64,000 nt of DNA. Source: a virus. The stretch covers positions 96,001-160,000 of IMG/VR virus record IMGVR_UViG_3300020048_000017, one strand, 5' to 3'. The first letter of the stretch is position 1, and each line of letters opens with the position of its first letter. The notes beneath the pieces were generated by a model, which was not told the DNA's origin, did no database searches, and saw only the letters and a program-made list of their open reading frames with translations. Below, piece by piece: positions 47,623-56,590 of the stretch. Made by a program: the position numbers and the translations under genes.

Positions 47623-48515
47623 TAGAATTGATTGGTATCGTGTAGATATTGAAGGTCGGTAGTTTTAGCCAACTCCCCAATGCCTAATATTTTTTTAAGG
47701 ATTTCTCCAAAGTCGCGGCCCTTTTTAATAAAAAGAAACTGACAGTTATCAAATTGCTGCATAAAGTCACACATTTTGCTTAAGGCTGAAAAACCACAGC
47801 TTCTACCGCCCGCGTGAGGATTCTTCCAAGAAGCCACTGCTTCAAAATCAGAGTCACAAACTATTACAAGAAATAGCCCCAATTCCTCTGCTCTCTTAAG
47901 TTCTCTTTCAAATCTATCAAAATTATCTTTTCTAGAGAATGTTCCTATGAAGTCATCTAAAGACTTCCGTTCTACGAAAACGCCATTAAAGTCACAGTAA
48001 GTAGTATAGTCTCCAACCTCAAGTTTTTCGACCCTATCAGTGAATACAGGTAATTGTTCGCGAGTGTCTGTGACAATATCTACATCTTTTATATACGATA
48101 TATCCCTGTTAGTGAGTCTCGGGCTTAAACCTATTCCATCACAGAATTGATAGTAACTACCAAAGATTTTATCTAAACCAATAATAGAGGGGATTTTTTT
48201 GCATCGCAGCTCGGCCTGAGTAGGGGCCTTTTGAAATAATTTGTTTGAAAAGTAGGCTCTTGCCACCTGTCGAGCTTCTTCGTTACCGCTTGATGCTTTA
48301 TCTTTATACCAGCACAAAGTATTTTCTTTAGAATTAAATTGCGCCGCAAAATATTGATTGAAATCTTTATACTCTATGACCGAGTGATCCCAAAGATCAA
48401 ATCTAGGGAAAAAGGTTTCATAATATTGCTTTTGAGTCTTGTCGCAACATTTCTTAAAGTGCCTATGAAACTTATTTCTAGTATCAAAGGATTTCTGACA
48501 AACTTTACATTCCAT
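47622..48515 (-). CDS. C2H2-like Zn finger + ERCC4 (XPF/Mus81-type) nuclease
   Basis: CKVCQKSF...FHRHFKKC; IVTDTREQ, LEVGDY, FVERKSLDDFIGT. Confidence 0.82.
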   Translation of the reverse strand: MECKVCQKSFDTRNKFHRHFKKCCDKTQKQYYETFFPRFDLWDHSVIEYKDFNQYFAAQFNSKENTLCWYKDKASSGNEEARQVARAYFSNKLFQKAPTQAELRCKKIPSIIGLDKIFGSYYQFCDGIGLSPRLTNRDISYIKDVDIVTDTREQLPVFTDRVEKLEVGDYTTYCDFNGVFVERKSLDDFIGTFSRKDNFDRFERELKRAEELGLFLVIVCDSDFEAVASWKNPHAGGRSCGFSALSKMCDFMQQFDNCQFLFIKKGRDFGEILKKILGIGELAKTTDLQYLHDTNQF

Positions 48516-49599
48516 CCGTTATTTCTTCTTGGCTAATTCCGTAAATAGACGCAATAACAGACTCTTCGTCCTCAAGTCTATTCATTTCGTTTTTAACGGC
48601 GGTTTCCGTAACTTTAGCAACTAGTATAGCTTTTCTTCTAGTCTCTTCTTCTTTCCAGATATCAACTAGGGAAAGGATGGATTTATTCGCGTCCGTTTGA
48701 GCCCTTAGTCTTTCAGACCTGTTACTACTTAAAGATTTCTGCAAAGACTGGATACGTTTAACGCACTGATCAAGCTCTGTAGATTTTTTTCCATAAGCTT
48801 CCGTTAGGGTCATCTTAAGACTGGCGTCCTCGTCTTGAACGCTATTCATAATTTCATTATCTAAAATAACGAGATGCTTTTGAATTCTTTTTTCAAGAAC
48901 ATAGTGATACGCTAGAGAGACGCAAGATTGCAAGTCTTCAGCATTCATATCAAGCTTGTTGTAAGCGGAGGCTATAAATTCGTTTTCGAACAAAGCCCTC
49001 TCGTCTTCAGAGGTGATCGAATTTATAAGGCTTAAAAACCGCGAATTAGAGAGGAAGGACTTTAAGTTTGCCACTTTCCTCATTTGAGATGTAGCCAAAT
49101 TATCTTCCCTGAAATCAGCACTGGGATCGGAAGCATTTATCTTCGCTACTATAGAGGAGTCTTTTTTAGGAGGAACATAGTCCTTAATCCCCGTGTCGTT
49201 GTCCATTGAAAAGGACCCAAGACCTAGTATTCTGACAAACTTTTCTACAGTTTTAACTTCCCTACTCAAGGGCGCTAGGGTGGAATCATTAAAGACTGCG
49301 CGAGCCATATCAATAGGCCTCATTAAAGATGCGTTTTTTCGAATATACTTTTGAGCGTCTTCGACAAGATCCACCGTGGGAGAATCCCGCTTCAGTTTGT
49401 CTACAAACTTTCGAACAGTATTATACTTTTCACTTCTAGCTACGATAGAAGGATCATCGTAAATTTCAATAGAGATCTGAACCAAACTAACTCCCTCCTC
49501 AAGTCTCTTTTTTATCAAAAGCTGCTGGTCTTCACTAAGCCCATAGTCGTGCTGATTGAAAAATTCTTCCAAGGACTTGATAATGGGAAACTCGCTCAT
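48505..49599 (-). CDS. helical coiled-coil protein, terminase small subunit candidate
   Basis: HTH-like segments plus a long coiled coil, two genes before TerL; positional call. Confidence 0.35.
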   Translation of the reverse strand: MSEFPIIKSLEEFFNQHDYGLSEDQQLLIKKRLEEGVSLVQISIEIYDDPSIVARSEKYNTVRKFVDKLKRDSPTVDLVEDAQKYIRKNASLMRPIDMARAVFNDSTLAPLSREVKTVEKFVRILGLGSFSMDNDTGIKDYVPPKKDSSIVAKINASDPSADFREDNLATSQMRKVANLKSFLSNSRFLSLINSITSEDERALFENEFIASAYNKLDMNAEDLQSCVSLAYHYVLEKRIQKHLVILDNEIMNSVQDEDASLKMTLTEAYGKKSTELDQCVKRIQSLQKSLSSNRSERLRAQTDANKSILSLVDIWKEEETRRKAILVAKVTETAVKNEMNRLEDEESVIASIYGISQEEITDGM

Positions 49600-50285
49600 T
49601 CGAAAAATATTTCTTTATCTTCAAGGATTTTTTTGGCGGTATCTATAATCTTTTTCTTGATGTTATAGATTTGTTTATACCCAGCTTTTCTTCCAGACTC
49701 AGATGTGGTAAAGCCTAGATGGTTAGCGACCTCTTCTTCGGAAGAACCCTCTAAGAACAGAAGCTTAAACACTAGGTAGTTACTTTTCGATAAGGTTTTT
49801 TTTAGTTCTACGTCAAACCTTGCAATAGACTCTTCAAAATTATAATTCTCGAAGTCTCCAGACAGAGAAAAGCTAACGGCTTCATCTGGATTATCTATAG
49901 AAGATGGCAGTCTTAATTCATAACCATTTTTCTTGCTTCTTTCCCAAGCTGCGTAAGTTGGGCATTCAGAGGATTTCTCGCCAGAAGGAGTCCAAGAACA
50001 TAACCCAACTCCTTGATTCATTGGACACCTATTACACGGAGGTGCTAAGTTGCCATAGTTGTTTCTAACTATATTTCGGATCTGATTAGTTATAACCGTA
50101 TTTAGCCAGTTCTTAAAAGGTCGACTTTGATCCCAGAGATGCCACTTATCATTTAGGTGGATCTTAAGAATTTGACTTACGTCGTCAAAATCGATATGCG
50201 TAATGGAATTAATTTGCCATTTATTACGCCTTTTAGCGATCTCCTCTTCGATGGTCGGAAGACATTCTTCAAAAGTTTTGCTCAT
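49596..50285 (-). CDS. phage sigma70-family factor with Cys4 insertion
   Basis: Region 2 DFDDVSQILKIHL...W...RPFKNWLNTVITNQIRN; region 4 LSKSNYLVFKLLFLEGSSEEEVANHLG; insert CNRC...C...C. Confidence 0.8.
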   Translation of the reverse strand: MSKTFEECLPTIEEEIAKRRNKWQINSITHIDFDDVSQILKIHLNDKWHLWDQSRPFKNWLNTVITNQIRNIVRNNYGNLAPPCNRCPMNQGVGLCSWTPSGEKSSECPTYAAWERSKKNGYELRLPSSIDNPDEAVSFSLSGDFENYNFEESIARFDVELKKTLSKSNYLVFKLLFLEGSSEEEVANHLGFTTSESGRKAGYKQIYNIKKKIIDTAKKILEDKEIFFE

Positions 50286-50737
50286 AGATCTTTAAAAGAT
50301 TCTGGGTTTTCAGACTTAAGAAGAGACCCAATAGAACCTACGGAACCATTGTTGGCTTCGATCTGAACTTTTAATTTTCGAGGCTTATGTATATCAAAGA
50401 ACTCTTCGTCGTCTTCATCATAGTCTTCGTCCTCGTCTGGTTCGGATATAGGGAGTTTAACGCCTCTTCTTTCAGCAAGAAGAGCTAATCTTCTTTCTTG
50501 GCGAGGGTCTACTGGTTTGGGAGTAGGTTTAAGAGCTGGTTTAGAAACTACAAGTGGAGGTTTTACAGAAACTCCCGAAGCTTGGGTAAAAGCTGAAAAA
50601 GGTGTCTTACATTTTGAGCAAGAATCTGGCTTTTTACCCGAGTAGGTATTTTTGGCCGCACAAGTTTGACAATAGATTACTGGCATAGCTAAGTTGTTGT
50701 TACACATCTTAGTATGTTTCGTGAAACTAATGTTCAA
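50282..50737 (-). CDS. double Zn-ribbon protein with acidic patch
   Basis: YCQTCAAKN...CSKCKTPF; DEDEDYDEDDEE. Confidence 0.65.
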   Translation of the reverse strand: MNISFTKHTKMCNNNLAMPVIYCQTCAAKNTYSGKKPDSCSKCKTPFSAFTQASGVSVKPPLVVSKPALKPTPKPVDPRQERRLALLAERRGVKLPISEPDEDEDYDEDDEEFFDIHKPRKLKVQIEANNGSVGSIGSLLKSENPESFKDL

Positions 50738-50741
50738 ATAT

Positions 50742-51449
50742 TTATCGTAAACTTTCCAGTTTTTCTACAATAAATTTAACTAGATCCGAACGTAGAATGT
50801 CTTCTATACCGAATTCAAAAGATCTAATTCCGAAGTTTTGAGACTCTTCACAGGAAAATAAGTCTAGCATAGGTCTGAATCCAGATTTATTTTTACCTAT
50901 ATCAACCTGTCTTTCATCACCACAGATAAAAACCTTATTGAAGTCACCAAGTCTAGTTAGCAACGTTTGCATTTCAGCAAAGTTAGCATTCTGACTCTCA
51001 TCCACGATAATTCCTTTATTAGTAAAATGAGCGCCACGCAAGAAGTTAAAAGGCATAGCTTTAACTAACTCATTTTTCTTCAAGTATTCTATCGAGTTCT
51101 TGTTCAAGAACTCTGACAACTTATCTTCTAAAGGCATCATGTAAGGTGCGAACTTTTCTTCTTTATCACCTTTTAGGAAACCCATTGAGTTAGAGGAACT
51201 TTCCACAATAGACCGAACATAAATAATAGAATCGATCTTGCCAGCCTTAAGCATGTTTAAGCAATGATAAACAGCTAAGAAGCTTTTGGAAACCCCAGCG
51301 GGTCCGTTGACAAACATAATTTTTGTATCTTTGTCTTCAGCAATCTCGTTGAACTCCAATTGCCTTTCAGTCCAAGGAAAGTCGCTTTTAATATTGATGT
51401 TGTCCGCCTTTGGGATGGACCTGTCTTTGAAAACGTATTTCTTTCCCAT
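50742..51449 (-). CDS. phoH: PhoH-like ATPase
   Basis: GPAGVSKSFLA, YMMPLED, FLRGAHF, IVDESQN, LTRLG, CGDERQVD, DILRS. Confidence 0.93.
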   Translation of the reverse strand: MGKKYVFKDRSIPKADNINIKSDFPWTERQLEFNEIAEDKDTKIMFVNGPAGVSKSFLAVYHCLNMLKAGKIDSIIYVRSIVESSSNSMGFLKGDKEEKFAPYMMPLEDKLSEFLNKNSIEYLKKNELVKAMPFNFLRGAHFTNKGIIVDESQNANFAEMQTLLTRLGDFNKVFICGDERQVDIGKNKSGFRPMLDLFSCEESQNFGIRSFEFGIEDILRSDLVKFIVEKLESLR

Positions 51450-51450
51450 G

Positions 51451-51588
51451 TTATCCTAAAGATAATTTTTCTCTAAGTTTAGCTTTAGCAACTTTTTTTG
51501 CCTTTGCTTTTAGCTCTTTTAGCCTTTTTAGATTTTCCTTAGGATCAGTCGAGCCCTGAAGCTCTTTCTTGTCTTTTTCTTTTTGCAT
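51451..51588 (-). CDS. 45-aa Lys-rich protein
   Basis: Below cutoff; MQKEKDKKELQGSTDPKENLKRLKELKAKAKKVAKAKLREKLSLG fills the gap to phoH. Confidence 0.4.
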   Translation of the reverse strand: MQKEKDKKELQGSTDPKENLKRLKELKAKAKKVAKAKLREKLSLG

Positions 51589-51811
51589 AAGCTCTTTTGT
51601 ATTCTTTAACTTTTTCAGCGTTTTCTTTTTGCCAATTCAAAACTTGTTCAGTTTTCTGTTTAGATTTAGAAGCGTAATTAGCACTATTCAACTCCGAGAT
51701 ACATCGTTTACAAAATCTTTTCTTGCCGTCTGGCGATTTAGTGTCCGTTCCGAACTTATCTAAAGAAAAGAACTCGAAACATTTACCACACTCTTTTAAA
51801 TTCTTTTCCAT
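51545..51811 (-). CDS. Zn-finger + basic helix protein (HNH/EndoVII N-terminal type, no nuclease domain)
   Basis: KECGKC...F...DG....CKRC. Confidence 0.6.
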   Translation of the reverse strand: MEKNLKECGKCFEFFSLDKFGTDTKSPDGKKRFCKRCISELNSANYASKSKQKTEQVLNWQKENAEKVKEYKRAYAKRKRQERASGLD

Positions 51812-52335
51812 AACGACTTTTTGTAAGAAGCATCTATATTAATATACACCTTATTATGTTTGGAATCTATCCATAAAACTCCTTCAGTAATTACTCCATT
51901 ACCCGAAGTATCATTTTCATCATCAAGCTTAGTGGGAGCAAAGGAGTATTCGAAAATATCTTCCTCACCAGAGTTAATAAGTTCCCAAGCTTCTTCTTTT
52001 TTAAAGACTGTTCCTTCTACTTCATTGACCCAAAATAAACCCTCTTCATTAATTCTTGGGTCTTTATTTGAAAATATAATTGGCAAGTTTCTCTTAGAAC
52101 AAACTTCTTCCCACTTATGAGTAAAAATAAAACATTTATTAAAAGGGTCTAATAGGACGACTTTTCCGCAAGGAGCTTTTTCGGGAAGGGTTATACAGAC
52201 TTCGTCAGCTTTGAGCCAATCGGAGACCTCAGAAGGGTGAGCGTCCGTTTTAAAGGCTAGACAAAAATAAAGAAAAGACTTTAAAGAAATAATATCTCCA
52301 AATTCATAAAACGAATCGGCTCGCCAATCTTGCAT
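51796..52335 (-). CDS. hypothetical virion-type protein with possible carbohydrate-binding module
   Basis: W.ADSFYEFGDII...YFC...H...W resembles ChtBD3/CBM5-12; EGLFWVN / EGVLWID repeats; likely ATG at 52335. Confidence 0.4.
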   Translation of the reverse strand: MQDWRADSFYEFGDIISLKSFLYFCLAFKTDAHPSEVSDWLKADEVCITLPEKAPCGKVVLLDPFNKCFIFTHKWEEVCSKRNLPIIFSNKDPRINEEGLFWVNEVEGTVFKKEEAWELINSGEEDIFEYSFAPTKLDDENDTSGNGVITEGVLWIDSKHNKVYINIDASYKKSLWKRI

Positions 52336-52344
52336 ATCATAGAT

Positions 52345-52350
52345 ATACAC
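52345..52350 (-). promoter_or_regulatory. GTGTAT motif at the head of the leftward block
   Basis: 9 nt before the in-frame ATG at 52335. Confidence 0.55.
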
Positions 52351-52406
52351 GGAATCTACAAAGTGTGATCAGGAAAGACAATCTTGCAGAATTTTACAAA
52401 AAACAT

Positions 52407-52435
52407 TTGACAAAAGAGTGTAGGGGGTCTAGGAT
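52407..52435 (+). promoter_or_regulatory. sigma70-type early promoter (divergent)
   Basis: TTGACA (52407-52412), 17 nt, TAGGAT (52430-52435), 18 nt before the ATG at 52454. Confidence 0.75.
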
Positions 52436-52453
52436 ACAGAAATTATAGAAATT

Positions 52454-52690
52454 ATGGACAAGCGAAGAAAAGTGGAATTTCCATTTAGAACGGACGAGGG
52501 GGACGATTTGAGAATCTCTGGATATCTTGTAGACTCAGCCTATGAGACTTATTTTGACTTTAAGGAAGCGTTTTCAGAAGACGATCCTACGACATTTTTT
52601 AATGAAGACGACCTTTCAGAAAATGATTTAGAGAAATTGGTAGACGCAGCAGAAGACTTTTTAGAAAATGATGACCTCTACAGAGATTAA
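52454..52690 (+). CDS. highly acidic hypothetical protein
   Basis: D/E-rich 78 aa, first gene after the early promoter. Confidence 0.6.
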   Translation: MDKRRKVEFPFRTDEGDDLRISGYLVDSAYETYFDFKEAFSEDDPTTFFNEDDLSENDLEKLVDAAEDFLENDDLYRD

Positions 52691-52910
52691 ACAACCCTTA
52701 AGCGAATTTTGCCTCTACTTAAGAGGAGATATTCCCAGTTTGGACCAAAAGGTCCAATCGTCTTTAAATTATTGCACGGCAATTCTCGAAGAAGCTGTTG
52801 CAATTCTAGAATTAGTGGAGACTTTCGAGGTCAATGGTAGTGAAGTCTTTTTAGAAGCGTTTATCAAACACTGGGAAAACCAAATGAAAGAGATGATCGA
52901 TGCGCTTTAA
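52668..52910 (+). CDS. hypothetical protein
   Basis: Overlapping ORF in the operon. Confidence 0.55.
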   Translation: MMTSTEIKQPLSEFCLYLRGDIPSLDQKVQSSLNYCTAILEEAVAILELVETFEVNGSEVFLEAFIKHWENQMKEMIDAL

Positions 52911-53286
52911 TTTTTATGGAGGAGCCGGAAGCGGAAAGTCTACAGCGGCAGCTTGGACGTTTTCGCACATGAAAACAGAGGGTTATAATGTTGAACTCGT
53001 TTTAGAGTATATTAAAACTTGGGCCTATTTAAATAGAAACGTTCAAAGCTTTGATCAAGTATATATCTTGTCTAAACAACTTCACTCTGAAGATCGATTA
53101 ATTTACAGCGGTGTTAAGAATCTAGTGACGGACTGCCCGATAGACCTTTCTCATATTTATTCCACTTATTATAAGAATCCTCACGAAATATCAGAGCCAT
53201 TAAAAACTTTAGCCGATTATTTCGATACGAGGTTCCCTTTAATCAACATTTTTTTAAAAAGAGAAGATAAAGAATATAAAAAATAG
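52900..53286 (+). CDS. AAA_28/NadR-like P-loop kinase, probably C-terminally truncated
   Basis: GGAGSGKST, EYIKTWAY, LVTDCPI, IFLKR then an abrupt stop. Confidence 0.7.
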   Translation: MRFNFYGGAGSGKSTAAAWTFSHMKTEGYNVELVLEYIKTWAYLNRNVQSFDQVYILSKQLHSEDRLIYSGVKNLVTDCPIDLSHIYSTYYKNPHEISEPLKTLADYFDTRFPLINIFLKREDKEYKK

Positions 53287-53504
53287 CGCCGCACAAATCA
53301 AATTCAGGAATAAATCTTAAAAACGGTAATTATTCAGGTCAAAATGCTATCCCCGCCAAACTTACTAATCTTCAAACGGGTGAAACATTCGAAGGAAAAA
53401 GCTTTAATGAGTTAACAAGTAAAGCGGGGCTATATAAAGGGGCTATAAACAGGATTAAAAACATTAAAAACCACAAAAAATGGAAACTAGAAATTTTAAA
53501 ATAA
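53280..53504 (+). pseudogene. homing endonuclease C-terminal DNA-binding (NUMOD/IENR1-like) remnant
   Basis: Start-less frame ...AKLTNLQTGETFEGKSFNELTSKAGLYKGAINRIKNIKNHKKWKLEILK overlapping the kinase stop. Confidence 0.5.
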
Positions 53505-53577
53505 CATTCTGCTCGACAAGGGTGGCAATCAGAACAATTAATTTAAACGAAAACAAAAGAGACGCGAGGGTAAAGAA

Positions 53578-54045
53578 ATGACAACACTTTTAATAATTTT
53601 AGCTTCGGGACCGCTCTCTTTCATTATAGGATACTGTCTAGGATCTTTAAAGAAGGTTAAAGTTGAAACAATCTCAGAATCAGAAACCATTTTAGAAGAC
53701 TTTGATCCATTGTCCCTAGTCAGAGAAAATAAAACTCTAAAAAGAGATTGTGAGGTTTTTGAGAAAGGTTTTAAAGAGTTGCGGACTTCTCATAAATTCC
53801 TCTCTTCGAAGTTCGAATTATTGCAAAAGGCCGCAAGAGAAAATAATCAAAGCTTTATAATTTACGAACTACAAAGAATGAATTACGAAGAAGATAAAAA
53901 ACCCACCATAATTGCAGTGTCTGGGTTTCACACCCCAATTTCTTCTTTTGCTTACCACGCTAAAGAAATAAACAACGGATACTCAACAGCAATTATATAT
54001 GAAAAGCCCCAACTGTCTCCTAATAGGGAAGAGATTTATTATTAA
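53578..54045 (+). CDS. membrane-anchored coiled-coil hypothetical protein
   Basis: N-terminal TM segment LLIILASGPLSFIIGYCLG. Confidence 0.6.
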   Translation: MTTLLIILASGPLSFIIGYCLGSLKKVKVETISESETILEDFDPLSLVRENKTLKRDCEVFEKGFKELRTSHKFLSSKFELLQKAARENNQSFIIYELQRMNYEEDKKPTIIAVSGFHTPISSFAYHAKEINNGYSTAIIYEKPQLSPNREEIYY

Positions 54046-54049
54046 ATTA

Positions 54050-54620
54050 TTAAATTACCAATTTGGATAGTCTAAAAGTGGCCGATCCCGAAGACATAAA
54101 AAGTCCATGACCATAAAAAGAGCCACCACCAAAAACGACGCACACATTTAGCGGTTTAACTAAAAATTCTCTAAATCTTTTTGTGACCGCAGCGTTATAG
54201 TTTCCCTTTTTGCCAAAAACAGAGAGTCATTGATCCGGCTTAAAAGGAATTTTAATAGTATGCGCCCCTCTGACCATTTCGATACCCTGTATTCCAAACC
54301 ATCGATTAAATTCCCCCTCCATTGAATTATGGAGCATCACTCGGGGTGTTGCCCAAATTTCTAGACTCAGTCTTATACTCAAAGTGAGCGTTCGGTGTCG
54401 CGGAAATAGTCGCGGTCATAATGACACTGGAATTACTCGGGGTCTTAGACCCTTTAAAAAGGTCATATTTATCCTCGGTCATCGCATAGCTAACGACAGA
54501 ACCCTTTTTTGGCATATTAAAAAACCATCCAGTCCCATTATGTTTTGGGGTGTCTGGTATTTTTAAACCATACTGGAATTCCCAGTTTTCTTTTGCGTAA
54601 TCTATTAAGAATCTATTTTT
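54050..54620 (-). pseudogene. decayed gene (frameshift plus internal TGA)
   Basis: Frame 54620-54327 (WEFQYG...FEYKTESRN), continuing after a +1 shift as MLHNSMEGEFNRWFG...PDQ*LSVFGKKGN...FGGGSFYGHG...KLVI* (TGA 54229-54227, stop 54052-54050). Confidence 0.55.
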
Positions 54621-54772
54621 TTAGGGACAAGCTTTAAGAGTTCCTCGATGTGGCCATTAATTTCTAACCAGCCTTCCCTACTGCCGTTTTGAACAATTTG
54701 GACAAGGAAAGAGGGGTGCAAAATTTGATTTAAAAATAAAATGGCAGCGATTTGTTCTTTCGTTATTTCCAT
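54605..54772 (-). CDS. 55-aa hypothetical protein
   Basis: Below cutoff; ATG 1 nt after the upstream stop; MEITKEQIAAILFLNQIL... Confidence 0.5.
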   Translation of the reverse strand: MEITKEQIAAILFLNQILHPSFLVQIVQNGSREGWLEINGHIEELLKLVPKKIDS

Positions 54773-54773
54773 A

Positions 54774-55055
54774 TTAAAATAGTTTAGATTCTACTTCTGC
54801 GATTAAAGCAATTCTAGCTTCGTAAGGTAGGTTTTTTGAAGCGTCAACAAGCCTTTGGGCAGAATTCTTAAAAAGAAGCTCAACCTTATCATTAATAATA
54901 TTATTTACAATAGTCTCAAAATATTGAGATTCTGAGAGTTTTTGCTCTTCAAACTCCTCTTTAGTAAGTTTTGATTTAAGAAGATTATTATACTCTTCTA
55001 AAAGAGTATCCGCCGCCGCCTGTTGTTCTGTATTTAAGTTTATTGATATATTCAT
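54774..55055 (-). CDS. tail-fibre-associated helical protein
   Basis: Follows the fibre gene; likely start MNISINL at 55055. Confidence 0.5.
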   Translation of the reverse strand: MNISINLNTEQQAAADTLLEEYNNLLKSKLTKEEFEEQKLSESQYFETIVNNIINDKVELLFKNSAQRLVDASKNLPYEARIALIAEVESKLF

Positions 55056-55060
55056 TATAG

Positions 55061-56590
55061 TTAAGTCGTTGGGAAGGTTGTAACTGTTTGCGATAAACTC
55101 CACTCAGAGCGGTTCTCATAACAATAACTCGCATGAGACCTCCATCTGATCCAATAGGTAGTTTCTGGACTTAAGCTTAAAATAGTAATTGAAAAATCTG
55201 GAGTAGAATTATCAACAGTGCTGGAACCCCATGTATGCCAAGTAGAATCGTCCAAAGAGAATTGGACCTCGACAGAATAATTAGCTCGGATACTGTTAGA
55301 ACTTAACAAAATCAAAGTAGTTGAGTAAGCATCTGTGTAACCGAAGCTAGAAAAACTATTAGACGGTGGAGTTATTAAATTCAAGTCAAAAGCCGCCGTC
55401 CATAAAGGTCCATTATTCGATGGATCAAAGACTGCGGAACTTAATTTATTACCAGATAAATGGGTATACCCATTTACAGAAAGCCCGCTCTTTACTTCCG
55501 AAAGGGCTCCCTCATTCCCTATCTCCACAGCCCCGTCACCATTAGAGCCAGACCCACCTTTAAGTATCAATTTCGCCCCAGTTCCAGTAGAAACATCGTG
55601 AGCCTTGATTGTTTGGGTTGTTGGAGTAGTGGCGTGGTTAGCCCCAAATTGAAATATACCAACACCAACAGGACTAAACGTGTTATTAATAGTTCCTACA
55701 GATCTATTCGTAGAAAAATCTCCCCAAGTAATTTTTCCACCATAAGTATCTAAAATATGAAATCCGTCCACATGACGAAACAAAATCTGTGCAGTATTTG
55801 TATATTTAAATATTAAATTATTATCATAATGAAATAATCCGTTACCCTCTCCACAAGAAACGGAAGGGTTAGAGAAATCCCCCGATGAAGACGCTGAAAT
55901 ATTTGAAACTATTAATGGTGAGTTTGCGTTATTAGCAGCATTTCTCAAAGACCACAAGCCATTAGAGTCTACGGTAATTCTTCCTCGCAAATACATAATC
56001 AAAGCACTTGCGGCTTCGGCTTGATAACCTTGAAATTCAAATTCGTTAGCACTTCCAGACCTGAATTGCATTTTACCGTCCCCTGCATAAATCACTCCAG
56101 TAAGAAGATTTGTAAAAACCAGCTCGTCAACAGTGGTCTGTCCAGCTTTTGTGACCTTAAATTTACTAGTTCCATCAACCTGCAAATCTAATAATAAACT
56201 TGCCGCATTACTAGCAGTATCAGTTACATTTAATTTAAATGCAGTTGGAGTTCCTGACGTACTCCAAGTTCCCGCTAAATCTACAAGACTTTGAGCGTTA
56301 GAACCTGTTAACGAGAACCCAGAAAACGCTAAGAGAGCAGTGTTCGCATTAGGAGCAGAAATGGTTAATTTTTTTAATAAAGCTTCGGAGCTAACTTCTA
56401 CAGCCCCAATATCACTTGGACTCAAAACGTCGCTGCCACCTACGGCATGGTTAGTTTTATGCGCGTTTACAGGTAGGGTTTCGATTTCAACCCTTATCTC
56501 TTTCGAGCCATCTTCTGCATAGCCCACTACGAAGTCCCCCCCAGAAGGAGTTGCTTCTAAATCGAATTCTGTAAAATTTTTCTTAGCCAT
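55061..56590 (-). CDS. tail fibre / receptor-binding protein with C-terminal FN3-like domain
   Basis: H..NH..GGSD.L.PSDIGA fibre motif, beta-rich middle, C-terminal ILSLSPETTYWIRWRS...SEWS..TVTT. Confidence 0.7.
   Translation of the reverse strand: MAKKNFTEFDLEATPSGGDFVVGYAEDGSKEIRVEIETLPVNAHKTNHAVGGSDVLSPSDIGAVEVSSEALLKKLTISAPNANTALLAFSGFSLTGSNAQSLVDLAGTWSTSGTPTAFKLNVTDTASNAASLLLDLQVDGTSKFKVTKAGQTTVDELVFTNLLTGVIYAGDGKMQFRSGSANEFEFQGYQAEAASALIMYLRGRITVDSNGLWSLRNAANNANSPLIVSNISASSSGDFSNPSVSCGEGNGLFHYDNNLIFKYTNTAQILFRHVDGFHILDTYGGKITWGDFSTNRSVGTINNTFSPVGVGIFQFGANHATTPTTQTIKAHDVSTGTGAKLILKGGSGSNGDGAVEIGNEGALSEVKSGLSVNGYTHLSGNKLSSAVFDPSNNGPLWTAAFDLNLITPPSNSFSSFGYTDAYSTTLILLSSNSIRANYSVEVQFSLDDSTWHTWGSSTVDNSTPDFSITILSLSPETTYWIRWRSHASYCYENRSEWSLSQTVTTFPTT

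Noticed and set aside
54227-54229. TGA-to-Trp stop-codon reassignment
   Set aside because: TGA is used as a real stop in many ATGA overlaps (recA, lysin, PARP), and long genes are intact under code 11.
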